Shown piece after piece: positions 49,977 to 60,904 of a stretch of 64,000 nt of DNA. Below the pieces are notes generated by a model. That model saw only the letters and a list, made by a program, of their open reading frames with translations, was not told the DNA's origin and ran no database searches. The translations under genes were made by a program, and so were the position numbers. Position 1 is the stretch's first letter, and every line of letters starts with the position of its first letter. Source of the stretch: Bacteroidia bacterium (lineage in GTDB: Bacteria > Bacteroidota > Bacteroidia > NS11-12g > UBA9320). The DNA lies in the NCBI GenBank assembly GCA_965216465.1, contig CBDCFW010000001.1, positions 96,001-160,000 of the forward strand. Reading direction: 5' to 3'.

Positions 49977-50790
49977 ATAAACTCGCCCGTATAGCAAGCA
50001 ACTTCGTCAGTAATTCTTCCATTTTATGAAGAGGCAACATATTAGCTCCATCGCTCAGTGCAGTACTCGGATCAGGATGTGTTTCAATAAACAATCCATC
50101 TACACCAACAGCAATAGCGGCCTTTGATAATGGCTCGATTAATTCTGGTAATCCACCTGTAACGCCACTCCCATTGTTTGGCTGTTGTAACGAATGCGTA
50201 CAATCCATTATCACTGGAAAGCCCGATTGTTTCATCCAAACTAAATTTCTGTAGTCAACAATCATATCGCCATAACCGAACATGTTTCCTCGCTCGGTAA
50301 ACATCACTTGGTCATTTCCAGTTTCTGTTACTTTTTTAGCGGCATGTGGCATCGCTTCAGCAGCAGCAAATTGTCCTTTTTTGATATTCACAACCTTTCC
50401 TGTTTTTCCAGCAGCAGCTAACAACTCAGATTGTCTAAAAAGAAACGCTGGAATTTGCAATACATCAACATACTCTGCCGCCATTTCAGCCTCTCGGCTT
50501 TCGTGAATATCTGTAACTACTGGAACATTAAACTCACTTCTAACCTTAGCCAAAAGCTTTAGTGCCTTTTCATCTCCAATGCCTGTAAACGAAGAAGATT
50601 TAGTTCTATTTGCCTTGCGATAAGAAGCTTTAAATACGTAAGGAATGTCCAGTTTTTCCGTTAGTTTCACTAGATGTTCAGCTGTTTGTAAAGTTATTGT
50701 TTCATTTTCTACAGCACAGGGGCCTGCAAGCAGAAATAACTTTTCTTTGCTGAACAGACTTTTTAAAGTTGAATTTATAGTTTGACTCAA
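49975..50790 (-). CDS. kdsA: KDO-8-phosphate synthase
   Basis: AGPC, KANRT, QIPAFL.RQ, NIKKGQF, ERG, D.THS.Q, F.ETHP.P. Start probably TTG 50790, because a -7 box lies at 50809-50816. Confidence 0.93.
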   Translation of the reverse strand: MSQTINSTLKSLFSKEKLFLLAGPCAVENETITLQTAEHLVKLTEKLDIPYVFKASYRKANRTKSSSFTGIGDEKALKLLAKVRSEFNVPVVTDIHESREAEMAAEYVDVLQIPAFLFRQSELLAAAGKTGKVVNIKKGQFAAAEAMPHAAKKVTETGNDQVMFTERGNMFGYGDMIVDYRNLVWMKQSGFPVIMDCTHSLQQPNNGSGVTGGLPELIEPLSKAAIAVGVDGLFIETHPDPSTALSDGANMLPLHKMEELLTKLLAIRASL

Positions 50791-50836
50791 GACGTTGATT
50801 TTGTACGGCAAAAGTAAAATATTAAGCATTCAATCC

Positions 50837-51433
50837 ATGGTTCGGACCATATTCATGGTTGCGAGCTTATTTCTTGCCGACCAATTGGCCGCTCAAGATT
50901 TGCACCCTTATCTTAAAAATTTCAACTTAACAGCTTCAAACGGCCAACTCTACCTGAGCTGGACCACCCGCCCTGGATTTACCTGCCAAGACATCCATAT
51001 TGAGTTATCAAAAGATTCAACCAATTTTAACCGTGTAGGTACTTATTTTGGGCTATGTGGTGACACCGCTGAAAAGCACTATACTTTTATAATAGAAGAG
51101 CCTCACTTTAACACCATCAATTATGTTCGTCTTGAGCTTGGAAATTTTGGCTATTCATTTGTAGAAGCTGCTCGTGTAATTAAACCAAGCAGTGAATTGC
51201 TTGTGGTTCCTCACCCTGCGAATAGAGCTAGCGTATTCTATTTTACCAACGACAACAAAAATCTTGCAACTATTAATTTTTATAACCTATCGGGAAAGCT
51301 CGTTCGCTCGGTACAAACGGAAGGAAATAGTTTTGGTTTTGGTGACTTAACCTGTGAAGATGGGATTTTCACCTACACCATAGAAGTTGACAACTCAATA
51401 AAGCGTGGTAAAATTCTGGTATCCTGCTTATAA
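50837..51433 (+). CDS. Hypothetical exported protein with degenerate T9SS-like CTD
   Basis: Signal peptide; VVPHPA..YNLSGKLV..KRGKILV. Confidence 0.6.
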   Translation: MVRTIFMVASLFLADQLAAQDLHPYLKNFNLTASNGQLYLSWTTRPGFTCQDIHIELSKDSTNFNRVGTYFGLCGDTAEKHYTFIIEEPHFNTINYVRLELGNFGYSFVEAARVIKPSSELLVVPHPANRASVFYFTNDNKNLATINFYNLSGKLVRSVQTEGNSFGFGDLTCEDGIFTYTIEVDNSIKRGKILVSCL

Positions 51434-52198
51434 GAAATCGAACAAGGCGGTGTAAATCTCTTCTGCCATTGCCGTGTTTAGTGCCTTTGACCCATGATCA
51501 CTTGGAAAAGTGGGTTTAAAATAAACCAGATTGTTTTTTGGGATAATATTCGTAATAGGATCTACAACCATTTCTAACTCTGCTAATGAACCTGTTACAA
51601 AAACTGGAACTTTCATCCCAACAACGCTTGTTTTTAGCAGATTTCGGTCGTTAAAATATTCGCCAGGACTGAAAGCTATAGCTTTCTTTACGCGTTCATC
51701 TGAATTTGCGACCATAAGAGCCAAAGATGCTGAATAAGAGCTTCCCCAGACGTAAATATCCATATTGCTATTCTCGGCAGCATAATTTATTGCAGCTTCA
51801 ACATCCTTGCGTGCTTCAAGATATGAAATAGGCAGGTTAAGGTCGTTAGCTCTCTTAAACGTCTCATTTGCAACTCCATACACCTCATTTCCACTTCTTT
51901 GATCGATGGCAAGACATGCATAGCCAGAATCGATTAAGCGTGGAGCAATGTCTTTATACTCCGCTCGACTGAATCCAGCTTGATGGCATAAAATAATTAA
52001 GGCCTTTGCCTCAGCATTTGGATAGAAGTCTGCAGTTACCATTAAGCTATCTTCAGCATAAAACTCAACCGTTTTAGAACCACCTAAAGCAACTTCAACA
52101 GCAGCATTATCTAACTCCTTGTCAGAGTCACTTGTATCTGAACTACAACCTGATATAAATGCCAATGCGATAAGAATTAAATAAAAAAGCTTGCTCAT
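51428..52198 (-). CDS. Alpha/beta hydrolase (dienelactone hydrolase-like) lipoprotein
   Basis: LCHQAG, IDQRSG, GSSYSA, FSPGEY, HGS. Confidence 0.8.
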   Translation of the reverse strand: MSKLFYLILIALAFISGCSSDTSDSDKELDNAAVEVALGGSKTVEFYAEDSLMVTADFYPNAEAKALIILCHQAGFSRAEYKDIAPRLIDSGYACLAIDQRSGNEVYGVANETFKRANDLNLPISYLEARKDVEAAINYAAENSNMDIYVWGSSYSASLALMVANSDERVKKAIAFSPGEYFNDRNLLKTSVVGMKVPVFVTGSLAELEMVVDPITNIIPKNNLVYFKPTFPSDHGSKALNTAMAEEIYTALFDFL

Positions 52199-52253
52199 AA
52201 GGGTTCAAAAATGTTTTATTTATCTAAAATTGCAAAGCCTAAATTAATAAAAC

Positions 52254-53054
52254 ATGTCAAACAATCTTTTAAAAGGTAAAAAAGGTATTATTACCGGTGC
52301 TTTAAACAGCGATTCAATCGCATGGAAGGTAGCTGAAAAATGTGTAGAACAAGGTGCTGAAATTATTCTTTCAAACGCACCTATAGCCTTAAGAATGGGT
52401 ACCATTAATGAGCTTGCTGAAAAAACCAATGCAAAAATTATTGGATGCGATGTGAGCAACAACGACGATGTGGTAAATCTAATCGATCAGAGTATGGAAG
52501 AATTCGGTGGTAAGTTCGATTTTATGTTGCATTCTATCGGGATGAGTTTGAATGTTAGAAAAGGAAGAGAATACACTAACTTAAAATACGACTGGACCCA
52601 AAAGACTTTTGATATTTCAGCATTGTCATTTCACAAAATGCTTCAAGCAGCCTATCAAAAAGATGCATTAAACGAATGGGGTTCTGTATTAGGTTTAACT
52701 TATATAGCCGCTCAGCGTGTTTTCCCAGATTATAATGAAATGGCCGAAAGTAAAGCTCTTTTAGAGAGCATCGCAAGAAGCTTTGGATATCACTACGGTA
52801 AATTTAGAAACGTACGTGTAAATACAATTTCTCAAAGTCCAACAGTTACTACCGCAGGTAGCGGAGTTAAAGGATTTGATGATTTTGTTAATTATGCAGC
52901 GAAATTATCTCCACTTGGAAATGCCGACGCAAATGCTTGTGCCGATTACTGTATATCTATGTTCTCTGACCTAACCAAAATGGTGACCATGCAGAACTTA
53001 TTTCACGATGGTGGATTTAGCTTCACCGGTGCAAGTAACGAAGTTCTTCGCTAA
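52254..53054 (+). CDS. fabI: Enoyl-ACP reductase
   Basis: GALN..SIAWKVA, LHSIGMS, Y..M...K, RVNTISQSP. Confidence 0.9.
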   Translation: MSNNLLKGKKGIITGALNSDSIAWKVAEKCVEQGAEIILSNAPIALRMGTINELAEKTNAKIIGCDVSNNDDVVNLIDQSMEEFGGKFDFMLHSIGMSLNVRKGREYTNLKYDWTQKTFDISALSFHKMLQAAYQKDALNEWGSVLGLTYIAAQRVFPDYNEMAESKALLESIARSFGYHYGKFRNVRVNTISQSPTVTTAGSGVKGFDDFVNYAAKLSPLGNADANACADYCISMFSDLTKMVTMQNLFHDGGFSFTGASNEVLR

Positions 53055-53075
53055 TTACAGAACAAATTTACCGAT

Positions 53076-53951
53076 ATGAAGATTGCTATTTTATCTCGGA
53101 ATCCTAGGCTTTATTCAACCCGTAGATTGGTTGAAGCCGGTGAGAAAAGAAATCACGAAATGGTGGTACTTGACCACTTGAAATGCGATATTCTTATTGA
53201 GAAAAAGAAGCCTCAGCTCTTTTATAAAGGAGAACCTGTAACTGGATTTGATGCAGTTATTCCTCGTATTGGTGCTTCTGTTACCTTTTATGGAACTGCG
53301 GTTGTTCGCCAGTTCGAAATGATGAAGGTATTTACAACCATCGAATCTCAAGCTTTGGTGCGCTCTCGTGATAAACTGCGATCGCTACAGATTCTAGCCC
53401 GTTCAGGTATTAATCTACCTAAAACAGCGTTTACTGATTTTTCTAAAAGTCCTGAAGGATTGATAGACCGTGTTGGTGGACCTCCCTGCGTAATTAAATT
53501 GCTTGAAGGTACTCAAGGTGTAGGTGTTTTACTAGCAGAAACGGAAAGTGCAGCTCATTCTGTACTTGAAGCTTTTCAAGGAATTAATGCACGTGTAATG
53601 GTGCAAGAGTTCATCAAAGAAGCGAATGGAGCTGATATCCGTGCATTTGTTGTTGACGGTGTTGTTGTTGGAGCCATGAAACGGCAAGGTAAAGAAGGTG
53701 AATTTAGATCCAACTTACATCGTGGAGGTACAGCTTCAATCATTCAATTATCGGACGAGGAAGAAAATGCAGCCCTTAAAGCAGCACGCGTTCTAGGTTT
53801 AGGAATAGCTGGTGTTGATATGCTTCAATCATCAACGGGACCTAAAATTATGGAAGTAAATTCATCTCCAGGTCTAGAAGGCATCGAAGAAGCAACCGGA
53901 AAAGATATAGCTAAAGCTGTTATACGATATGTAGAACGAAATGTCGATTAA
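53076..53951 (+). CDS. rimK: RimK-family alpha-L-glutamate ligase
   Basis: [42 protein letters not shown]. Confidence 0.93.
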   Translation: MKIAILSRNPRLYSTRRLVEAGEKRNHEMVVLDHLKCDILIEKKKPQLFYKGEPVTGFDAVIPRIGASVTFYGTAVVRQFEMMKVFTTIESQALVRSRDKLRSLQILARSGINLPKTAFTDFSKSPEGLIDRVGGPPCVIKLLEGTQGVGVLLAETESAAHSVLEAFQGINARVMVQEFIKEANGADIRAFVVDGVVVGAMKRQGKEGEFRSNLHRGGTASIIQLSDEEENAALKAARVLGLGIAGVDMLQSSTGPKIMEVNSSPGLEGIEEATGKDIAKAVIRYVERNVD

Positions 53952-54912
53952 GCCACTTAGAATCTTAGATACCGAAATAAAACCAGGGAAAACGATTCTT
54001 AAGCTAGACATCGCCAAGCTACATACCCGAACCAAAATAGATGTTCCAATCATCATTCAAAGGGCCAAAAAAGAAGGTCCTACCCTGCTACTTCTTGCTG
54101 GAATTCATGGAAATGAATTAAACGGAGTTGAAATTGTAAGACGAATAGTAAAAGACAAATACAACAAACCACAATGTGGAACCATCATTTGCATTCCCAT
54201 TGTTAATGTGTTTGGATTCTTGAATCAAGAGAGACAATTTCCTGATGGAAGAGACTTAAACCGAATGTTTCCTGGAAGTGCTAAAGGTTCACTCGCAGCT
54301 CGATTTGCTCATACCATTATGAAAGAGGTTGTGCCCCATGCAGATTACATCATTGACTTTCATACCGGTGGAGACCAACGCTTTAACTACTCTCAAATCC
54401 GAATTGATAAAAAAGATCAAGAATGCCTAAAACTAGCCAAGGCATTCGGAGCTAAGTTTATTCTTGACTCTAAAAACAGAGACAAATCACTCCGACAAGC
54501 AGCTCAAGAGCTGGGCAAGAAAGTTCTTCTTTTTGAAGGTGGGAAATCATTGCATCTAGACCGCAAGGTTACACGTACAGGAATTGAAGGTACAATCCGC
54601 GTAATTCATCATCTTGGCCTGCGAAATTTTAGCTCTGAAATTGCAAAAATGGATACGATTGATGACCAATTCCTTATCAGTTCATCACAATGGCTAAGAG
54701 CTCGTCACTCAGGAATGTATCGTAAATCTTTAAACCTTGGGGCCTTCGTTGAAAAAGGACAAAGACTCGGAAGTATATCTGACCCATTCGGAGACTTCGA
54801 AAGACAAGTTAAAGCATCAAAAAGTGGATTTATTATTTGCTCAAACCAATCACCTTTAGTAAACCAGGGTGATGCCCTGATTCACATTGGCTACGATGTT
54901 CAAAAACTTTAA
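53941..54912 (+). CDS. Succinylglutamate desuccinylase/aspartoacylase family protein
   Basis: [26 protein letters not shown]. Confidence 0.88.
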   Translation: MSIKPLRILDTEIKPGKTILKLDIAKLHTRTKIDVPIIIQRAKKEGPTLLLLAGIHGNELNGVEIVRRIVKDKYNKPQCGTIICIPIVNVFGFLNQERQFPDGRDLNRMFPGSAKGSLAARFAHTIMKEVVPHADYIIDFHTGGDQRFNYSQIRIDKKDQECLKLAKAFGAKFILDSKNRDKSLRQAAQELGKKVLLFEGGKSLHLDRKVTRTGIEGTIRVIHHLGLRNFSSEIAKMDTIDDQFLISSSQWLRARHSGMYRKSLNLGAFVEKGQRLGSISDPFGDFERQVKASKSGFIICSNQSPLVNQGDALIHIGYDVQKL

Positions 54913-54915
54913 AGC

Positions 54916-57042
54916 TTAGAGGTTTACACCCATTTCTTCTAGCACTTCATCCGCTTCTCCGAAGTATTTCATTACATAAAGCACGTAACGAATATCCACT
55001 CCGATTGATCGACTGTAGCTTTCATTCCAAGCATAGTCGTTAATGGTTGCGGTATAAGCTCTATCAAAGTTAATTCCGACAATTTGACCTTTACTGTCCA
55101 TAATTGGGCTGCCGCTGTTTCCTCCTGTAGTATCCATATTGTATAAGAAGGCCACAACCACAGAATTGTGCTTAGGATGTTTTAATACATCCGCAGGTTC
55201 TACTTTTTGGAGCTTATCAATAAACTCGGGTTGTAAATAATAATCTTTATTGTCTGAACCTATGCTCTTTTCTAAGATTCCGTTGATTGTTGTAAACGGA
55301 CTAAATACAACAGCATCTTCTGGCTCATATCCCTTAACATATCCATACGTAAAACGTAACGTTGAGTTCGCATCAGGAATAAATTTACCCCCGTTAAGCT
55401 CCATTTCTAAATCATTGAATCGCGGAATAATGGCGTCTATTTCTGCATTAATCTTAATCATCTCACCGCGTATAGCTCCAAATGCCTGATTAATTTCACC
55501 TGCAAACTTCACCATATTCGACTTGTTGCTTAAGAATTTTTTAGACGACGATTTTAACAATTCCATTCCTCCAATAGGGTCTGTAAGCTTAGAATCGTTG
55601 TGCAAACTTCTCGCGTATTCATCAATCTCTTCTTTTGATTTTCCTTCTAATCGTGAATCAAAAATTGCTTTCAATTCAGGCAGCTTTGATTGCGATAAAC
55701 GCTTAAACAACTCAACGAACAAGGTTTGGTCAAGTTCAGCATGTACGCCCATTTGTCGATAAGATCTAAATGCATTGTCTACAGCCTTTCCGTTGCTATC
55801 AACATAGGCTTGTACTTCTTTTTTGCTTAGACCGGATAGTTGATTGTTCACCAGATTATCAATGGTTGCTGCTCCGCCAAATGCTCCTGTTCCATACAAT
55901 TGGAACAAGTATAAGTAGTCGGTACTCAGTTCAAACTTTCGGTTATATAGCTTTTCGTTCTTTTCGAACAATGGAACGTAGCTCGCAAATGCATCACTTT
56001 TTGAAGCAAATGCCTTTAACTCCGCTTGATCTTTATGGGTTTGCTCGATAACATCAGTTCGCATAAGGCCTTGCATTTTGCCTTTGAAGTTCTTTTCTGC
56101 ATTACTTAAACTAGCTAAGGTTCCAGAAAACTTTAACTGAAGAGCTACATCATCACCAGCATAAGCTTTTGTAGCATTGATTCGGTATTCGAACCAATCT
56201 GCAATTATTGGAAGTACGTAATTATTTTGATAGTCAAGAAATTGAGCGGTTTGATTTCTATACGTTCTTCCTGGATATCCTAAAATAAAGGTAAAGTCAC
56301 CTTCTTTTGTTCCTTCTGAACTTACAACCAAATGCTTTTCTGGCTTGTACGGCTTTCCATTTTCATAAGCACGAACAATTGAAAAATCACCATTATGACG
56401 TGGCCACTCCCAATTATCTGTTTCCCCGCCAAACTTACCAATGTTCTTTGGCGGCACATAAACAAGTCTAACGTCATTTAAGGTCTTGTATCGAAAAAGC
56501 GTATACGATTTACCAACAAGCATTTCAGACACTTCGATGGTAAGACCAGGATGATCTTCCTTCTCGGTTTCAACAATTGCCTTGATATTTTTTTGAATCA
56601 GCTTTTGCTTCTCTATTGCATCACTCAATGCATCAACACCGGTTAATACTTCTTCAGAAACATCGCGGTACGATTGGGTAATCTTACAAGGCAAGGTAGT
56701 TTTTAACTCTTTTTCATATGTACTTGCATAAAAGCCATTCTCTAAGTAGTTATTTTCTGGACTACTTTGTGAGGCTACTTGGCTAAACACGCAATGGTGA
56801 TTGGTAATAATCAGCCCTTCGTCCGAAATAAAAGACCCTGTACATCCTCCTAAACGAACCAACGCATTTACCAAGCTTGGTTTTTCTTCATTATAGATTT
56901 CATCGATGTCAATCGACAAACCTGCTTTTTTCAAATCAAGCTTTGAAAGATGGCTCATCGGAAAAATTCCTTCTTCGCTTTTATCGGCCTTGAATCCAAT
57001 CAAAAGACCAATCACAAATAGTAATGCTATACCTTTTTTCAT
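54916..57042 (-). CDS. S46 dipeptidyl peptidase (DPP11-like)
   Basis: TNHHC, NWEWPRH.GDF, TGGNSGSP; FDR at the S1 position. Confidence 0.9.
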   Translation of the reverse strand: MKKGIALLFVIGLLIGFKADKSEEGIFPMSHLSKLDLKKAGLSIDIDEIYNEEKPSLVNALVRLGGCTGSFISDEGLIITNHHCVFSQVASQSSPENNYLENGFYASTYEKELKTTLPCKITQSYRDVSEEVLTGVDALSDAIEKQKLIQKNIKAIVETEKEDHPGLTIEVSEMLVGKSYTLFRYKTLNDVRLVYVPPKNIGKFGGETDNWEWPRHNGDFSIVRAYENGKPYKPEKHLVVSSEGTKEGDFTFILGYPGRTYRNQTAQFLDYQNNYVLPIIADWFEYRINATKAYAGDDVALQLKFSGTLASLSNAEKNFKGKMQGLMRTDVIEQTHKDQAELKAFASKSDAFASYVPLFEKNEKLYNRKFELSTDYLYLFQLYGTGAFGGAATIDNLVNNQLSGLSKKEVQAYVDSNGKAVDNAFRSYRQMGVHAELDQTLFVELFKRLSQSKLPELKAIFDSRLEGKSKEEIDEYARSLHNDSKLTDPIGGMELLKSSSKKFLSNKSNMVKFAGEINQAFGAIRGEMIKINAEIDAIIPRFNDLEMELNGGKFIPDANSTLRFTYGYVKGYEPEDAVVFSPFTTINGILEKSIGSDNKDYYLQPEFIDKLQKVEPADVLKHPKHNSVVVAFLYNMDTTGGNSGSPIMDSKGQIVGINFDRAYTATINDYAWNESYSRSIGVDIRYVLYVMKYFGEADEVLEEMGVNL

Positions 57043-57075
57043 ATTTAAATAAATGTCGAGTATGAACTCTTGGGG

Positions 57076-57804
57076 TTAAATGTATGAGGCTTTAATAAAA
57101 TTGGTTAGCCTCTCGTTACCTGAATTTCGAATGTCTTTAACTGCTCCTTGCCACTCGTTAAACCCTTCGTAGATGAATATTACATCATCTCCAATGTCAA
57201 AGACAGTCTTCATATCGTGGGTGTTAATTATCGTTGTAATATTAAACTCTTCTGTAATATCTTTCAATAAAGAATCGATAACCCGCGATGTTACCGGGTC
57301 TAAACCCGAATTTGGTTCGTCGCAGAACAGGTATTTGATATCTAAAGCTATTGCTCGGGCGATACCTACCCTTTTCTTCATTCCACCACTAATTTCAGCA
57401 GGAAATTTGTCGTTTATACCTGATAGGTCTACTTGCTGAAGACAGAAATCAACTCGCTCTCTACGCTCAGCAGCTGTCATTTTGGTAAACATTTTAAGCG
57501 AGAATTCAACGTTTTGCTCTACCGTTAACGAATCGAAGAGGGCCGTACCTTGAAATAACATCCCAATCTCTCTTCTTACTTCTCTTTTTTCTTTGTAAGG
57601 AAGATAGGTAAAGTCTCGATTGTCATAAACAATATGGCCTTCCGATGGCGTAACCAATCCAACCATACACTTCATTAATACACTCTTTCCGTGACCACTT
57701 GCTCCAATAACAAGGTTAACTTTTCCGGGTTCGAACTTGGTCGATATTCCCTTGAGCACTTCTTTATCTTCAAAAGACTTGTGTATGTTATTCAATTCTA
57801 TCAT
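57076..57804 (-). CDS. mlaF: ABC ATPase, MlaF-like
   Basis: GASGHGKS, MLFQ..ALFDS, ISGGMKKRVGIARA, DEPNSGLDP. Confidence 0.85.
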   Translation of the reverse strand: MIELNNIHKSFEDKEVLKGISTKFEPGKVNLVIGASGHGKSVLMKCMVGLVTPSEGHIVYDNRDFTYLPYKEKREVRREIGMLFQGTALFDSLTVEQNVEFSLKMFTKMTAAERRERVDFCLQQVDLSGINDKFPAEISGGMKKRVGIARAIALDIKYLFCDEPNSGLDPVTSRVIDSLLKDITEEFNITTIINTHDMKTVFDIGDDVIFIYEGFNEWQGAVKDIRNSGNERLTNFIKASYI

Positions 57805-58538
57805 AGCATCAATTGAGATAAGAGGTAATCAGAGAATAAAATGGCAACTGCACTGTATACAACCGCCTTGGTGCTGCTTGCTCCAACTTCGAGTGCTCCG
57901 CCCTGGGTAAAATATCCATGAAATGCAGATACCGAAGTTATTATGAACGCATACGTAAATGCTTTCACCAATGAAAAGAGTAAGTTAAATGGGAGAAATG
58001 ATTCTCTTGCTCCTTGCAGGTATTCTTGTCGAGTTAAAATCCCCGATGCTTCACCGGCAATAATTCCGCCGACATTACTCAAGAAAATTGAGATGATAAC
58101 AAGGCATGGAATCATAATTACACCAGCTACAATTTTAGGCAAGGCCAAGAAGCCACTTGAATTAATCCCCATCACTTCTAAAGCATCAATTTGCTCACTT
58201 ACGCGCATCGTTCCAATTTCGGATGCTATATGCGATCCTACCTTTCCCGCTAAAACCAAACAAGTTATAGTAGGTGCAAGTTCTAGCATTGATGAATCAC
58301 TCACAATAGATCCAATTACAGGATTTGCTACAAGTGGAGAAATCAACTGATAGGCAATTTGTAAGGTAGTTACTGCTCCTTGAAATATGGCAATAATTAC
58401 AACAATAGCCAAAGACCCTATACCAATATTGTTCATTTCGGTAAGGGTTCGATCTATATATACACTTCTTTTCTCAGGCCTTGAAAACATGCCTTTGAGG
58501 AAGATTAAGTATCGTCCAAATTGATAGAATAATTTCAA
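57801..58538 (-). CDS. mlaE: ABC permease, MlaE-like
   Basis: ELAP, GKVGS.IASEIGTMRVSEQIDALEVMG. Start probably TTG 58538. Confidence 0.88.
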   Translation of the reverse strand: MKLFYQFGRYLIFLKGMFSRPEKRSVYIDRTLTEMNNIGIGSLAIVVIIAIFQGAVTTLQIAYQLISPLVANPVIGSIVSDSSMLELAPTITCLVLAGKVGSHIASEIGTMRVSEQIDALEVMGINSSGFLALPKIVAGVIMIPCLVIISIFLSNVGGIIAGEASGILTRQEYLQGARESFLPFNLLFSLVKAFTYAFIITSVSAFHGYFTQGGALEVGASSTKAVVYSAVAILFSDYLLSQLML

Positions 58539-58637
58539 ATCGGCGGTAAATATAAGAACTACAAACTTCAAGGCACAGAATTACTATACAGGATGTTTAA
58601 ATTGTTCTACACAAAGGATAAACGTATCTTTGAAGCG

Positions 58638-59316
58638 ATGTCAAAAATTGCAGTTGTTACAGGCGGAACTAAAGGAATTGGAAGAGCTATTTGCGAAGAA
58701 TTATTAGCTCAGGGATTTACAGTTTTTACTTCAGCCAGAAGCGTTGATCCCCTTTTTGATCACCCTCAAGTACGTCAATATGGAGCTGATCTGTCGCAGA
58801 AGGAGAACGTTCTATCTTTTGCCGGTTGGGTTAAGGAGCATGTTAACCATATTGATATATTGGTCAATAATGTTGGTGTTTTTTTGCCAGGAAGTATAAT
58901 TGATGAAGAGGAAGGAGTATTCGAACAGCAGATTAACACCAATTTAGCATCTACTTATCACTTAACGCGAGCATTGATTGACCGCATTCGTAAAAGTGAA
59001 AAGGCCTATATATTTAACATCTGCTCAACAGCAAGTATAACCGCTTATACCAATGGAGGTTCGTATTGTATTTCGAAATATGCTCAGCTAGGCTTGACCA
59101 AAGGTGCTGCGTGAAGAGTTAAAATCGGAGAAAATTGCCGTCTCAGCTGTTTTACCCGGAGCTACATTCACCAATTCTTGGGAAGGCTCTGATTTGCCAC
59201 AAGAGCGTTTTATAAATCCACGTTCCATTGCTCAACTGATTTGGGCCGCTTATAAAGTGGCACCTGAAACGGTGATGGAGGAAATCCTAGTGAGGCCAAT
59301 GGATGGCGACATATAA
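58638..59316 (+). CDS. SDR-family oxidoreductase, split by a 1-nt frameshift at ~59100-59104
   Basis: TGGTKGIG, NNVG, YCISK. Removing one base from ACCAAAGGTG restores GLTKVLREELK. Confidence 0.85.
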
Positions 59317-59408
59317 GGTTATTTGTTGCCTTGAGATGACAATTTGTGAAATATTTACTGTGTAATTTTGAAGAATAATTTAATTTTGGCGCAATTTAAA
59401 AACAAGAA

Positions 59409-60760
59409 ATGAAAAAATTTACGTAATACTAGCATCAGCTATGTTTTTGAGCCTTGGATCCATGGCTCAACAAATTGCTAAACCTGTTAGTGGGTTAGAG
59501 ATTGTAAAGAGTGAGTATACTCCACTTCCTTACGAAAAACCTGTAGGAAATCAGAAAAACAAAGCAATTGAATCAGGATGGTTAAGTCCTGTAAGCATGT
59601 GGGAAGCTCAAGGAGCATTTTGGCAACAGTCTTCTTTCATGAGATTATTCCAAGACTCTACTGTAGTTATCAATCCTGCAGATGGTAGTGATGCGTTTCA
59701 CCAACCATGGCATGTAATGGGTACTGTTTTTGAACCAACAGAACCTTTCTACAAAGAGCAAACTTCAACTTCTTGGTTGATGAACAGATACGACACTTAT
59801 GATGTGGATTCTGTAAGATTTATTTTTGGATACTTTAGAGATACCGATTCAATGGACATTAATGGTACAATGACTGAGATTGTTGATACTGTTATTCTAC
59901 ATTACTACAATGCATCTGACTTATCAAGATGGTACATTGGAACTGTTGGTAACTGGGAAGATCACGTATTTACTGCTCCAATTGGCAGCGACTACAACCC
60001 AGCTAGTCCTGGTCCAAGTGGTAACGTTTGGAACGATACTATTTTATTAACTGCTGACGCAGCTACTCCAACAAACGATCAAGGTCAATTTACTCCAAGA
60101 TTACTTCGTTTAGAAGTTCCTTCAGATGTTAAAACAGTAACTAACAATGCTCAGCTTAACGGTGCACATACAGTAGGTCTTTCTCTTACATACAGAACAA
60201 TGCAGAACTACGAGTTTGGTGACACACTTGACAACTTCGATGAGAGCATTGAGGTTACTAACAAGCTTAACACTTTCGGAACTATTGTTTATTACAACGA
60301 AGGTGCTGAAATTCAACAAGATAGATACGCTAACAACTCATTCGTTACGAACAGACAAGTGGTTGCTGGTGACTTATTTGCTAATACTTTTAGAGGATAC
60401 CTTCCTACTACAGCTTCAATGGGATGGCAACAAGATTTCTTCCTAGATGCTGACTTCTACGTTTCAGTTGATAATCCAGCTTACGTTGAGAAAGTTGAAA
60501 ATACTTTAGGATTAAAAGCTTATCCAAATCCTGCTACATCAGGACAAGATATCGTTGTTTCAGTTGACGAAAATGCATCAGTAAGCGATGTAACTATCGT
60601 TATGACTGACTTATTAGGAAATGTAATTAACAATGACTTTACTGCAATTGGAGATAACAAATACAGTGTTTCTTCTACTGGTTTAGCTAACGGTGTTTAC
60701 TTGGTAAACGTTAAAGCTAACAACGCTGCAGGAACAGTTAGAATTGTTATTGCTGACTAA
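59409..60760 (+). CDS. T9SS type A cargo protein, paralog 1 (apparent 1-nt frameshift in A6 run just after ATG 59409)
   Basis: YPNPA CTD. One extra A gives the signal peptide MKKIYVILASAMFLSLGSMAQ in frame with ORF 59441-60760. Confidence 0.8.
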
Positions 60761-60779
60761 TTCTAATCAAACGAAATTG

Positions 60780-60810
60780 AAAAGGAGCGACGATGTCGCT
60801 CCTTTTTTTT
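60780..60810 (+). terminator. Intrinsic terminator
   Basis: AAAAGGAGCGAC-GAT-GTCGCTCCTTTT followed by T run. Confidence 0.85.
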
Positions 60811-60904
60811 GTCAATTATTTTGGGTCGATGCTCAATTGGTTTGAGCTCAATCTTGTATTCGCTCCAATCATTTTCTACCTTAGAAACACCTAATCCAAT
60901 TGAC

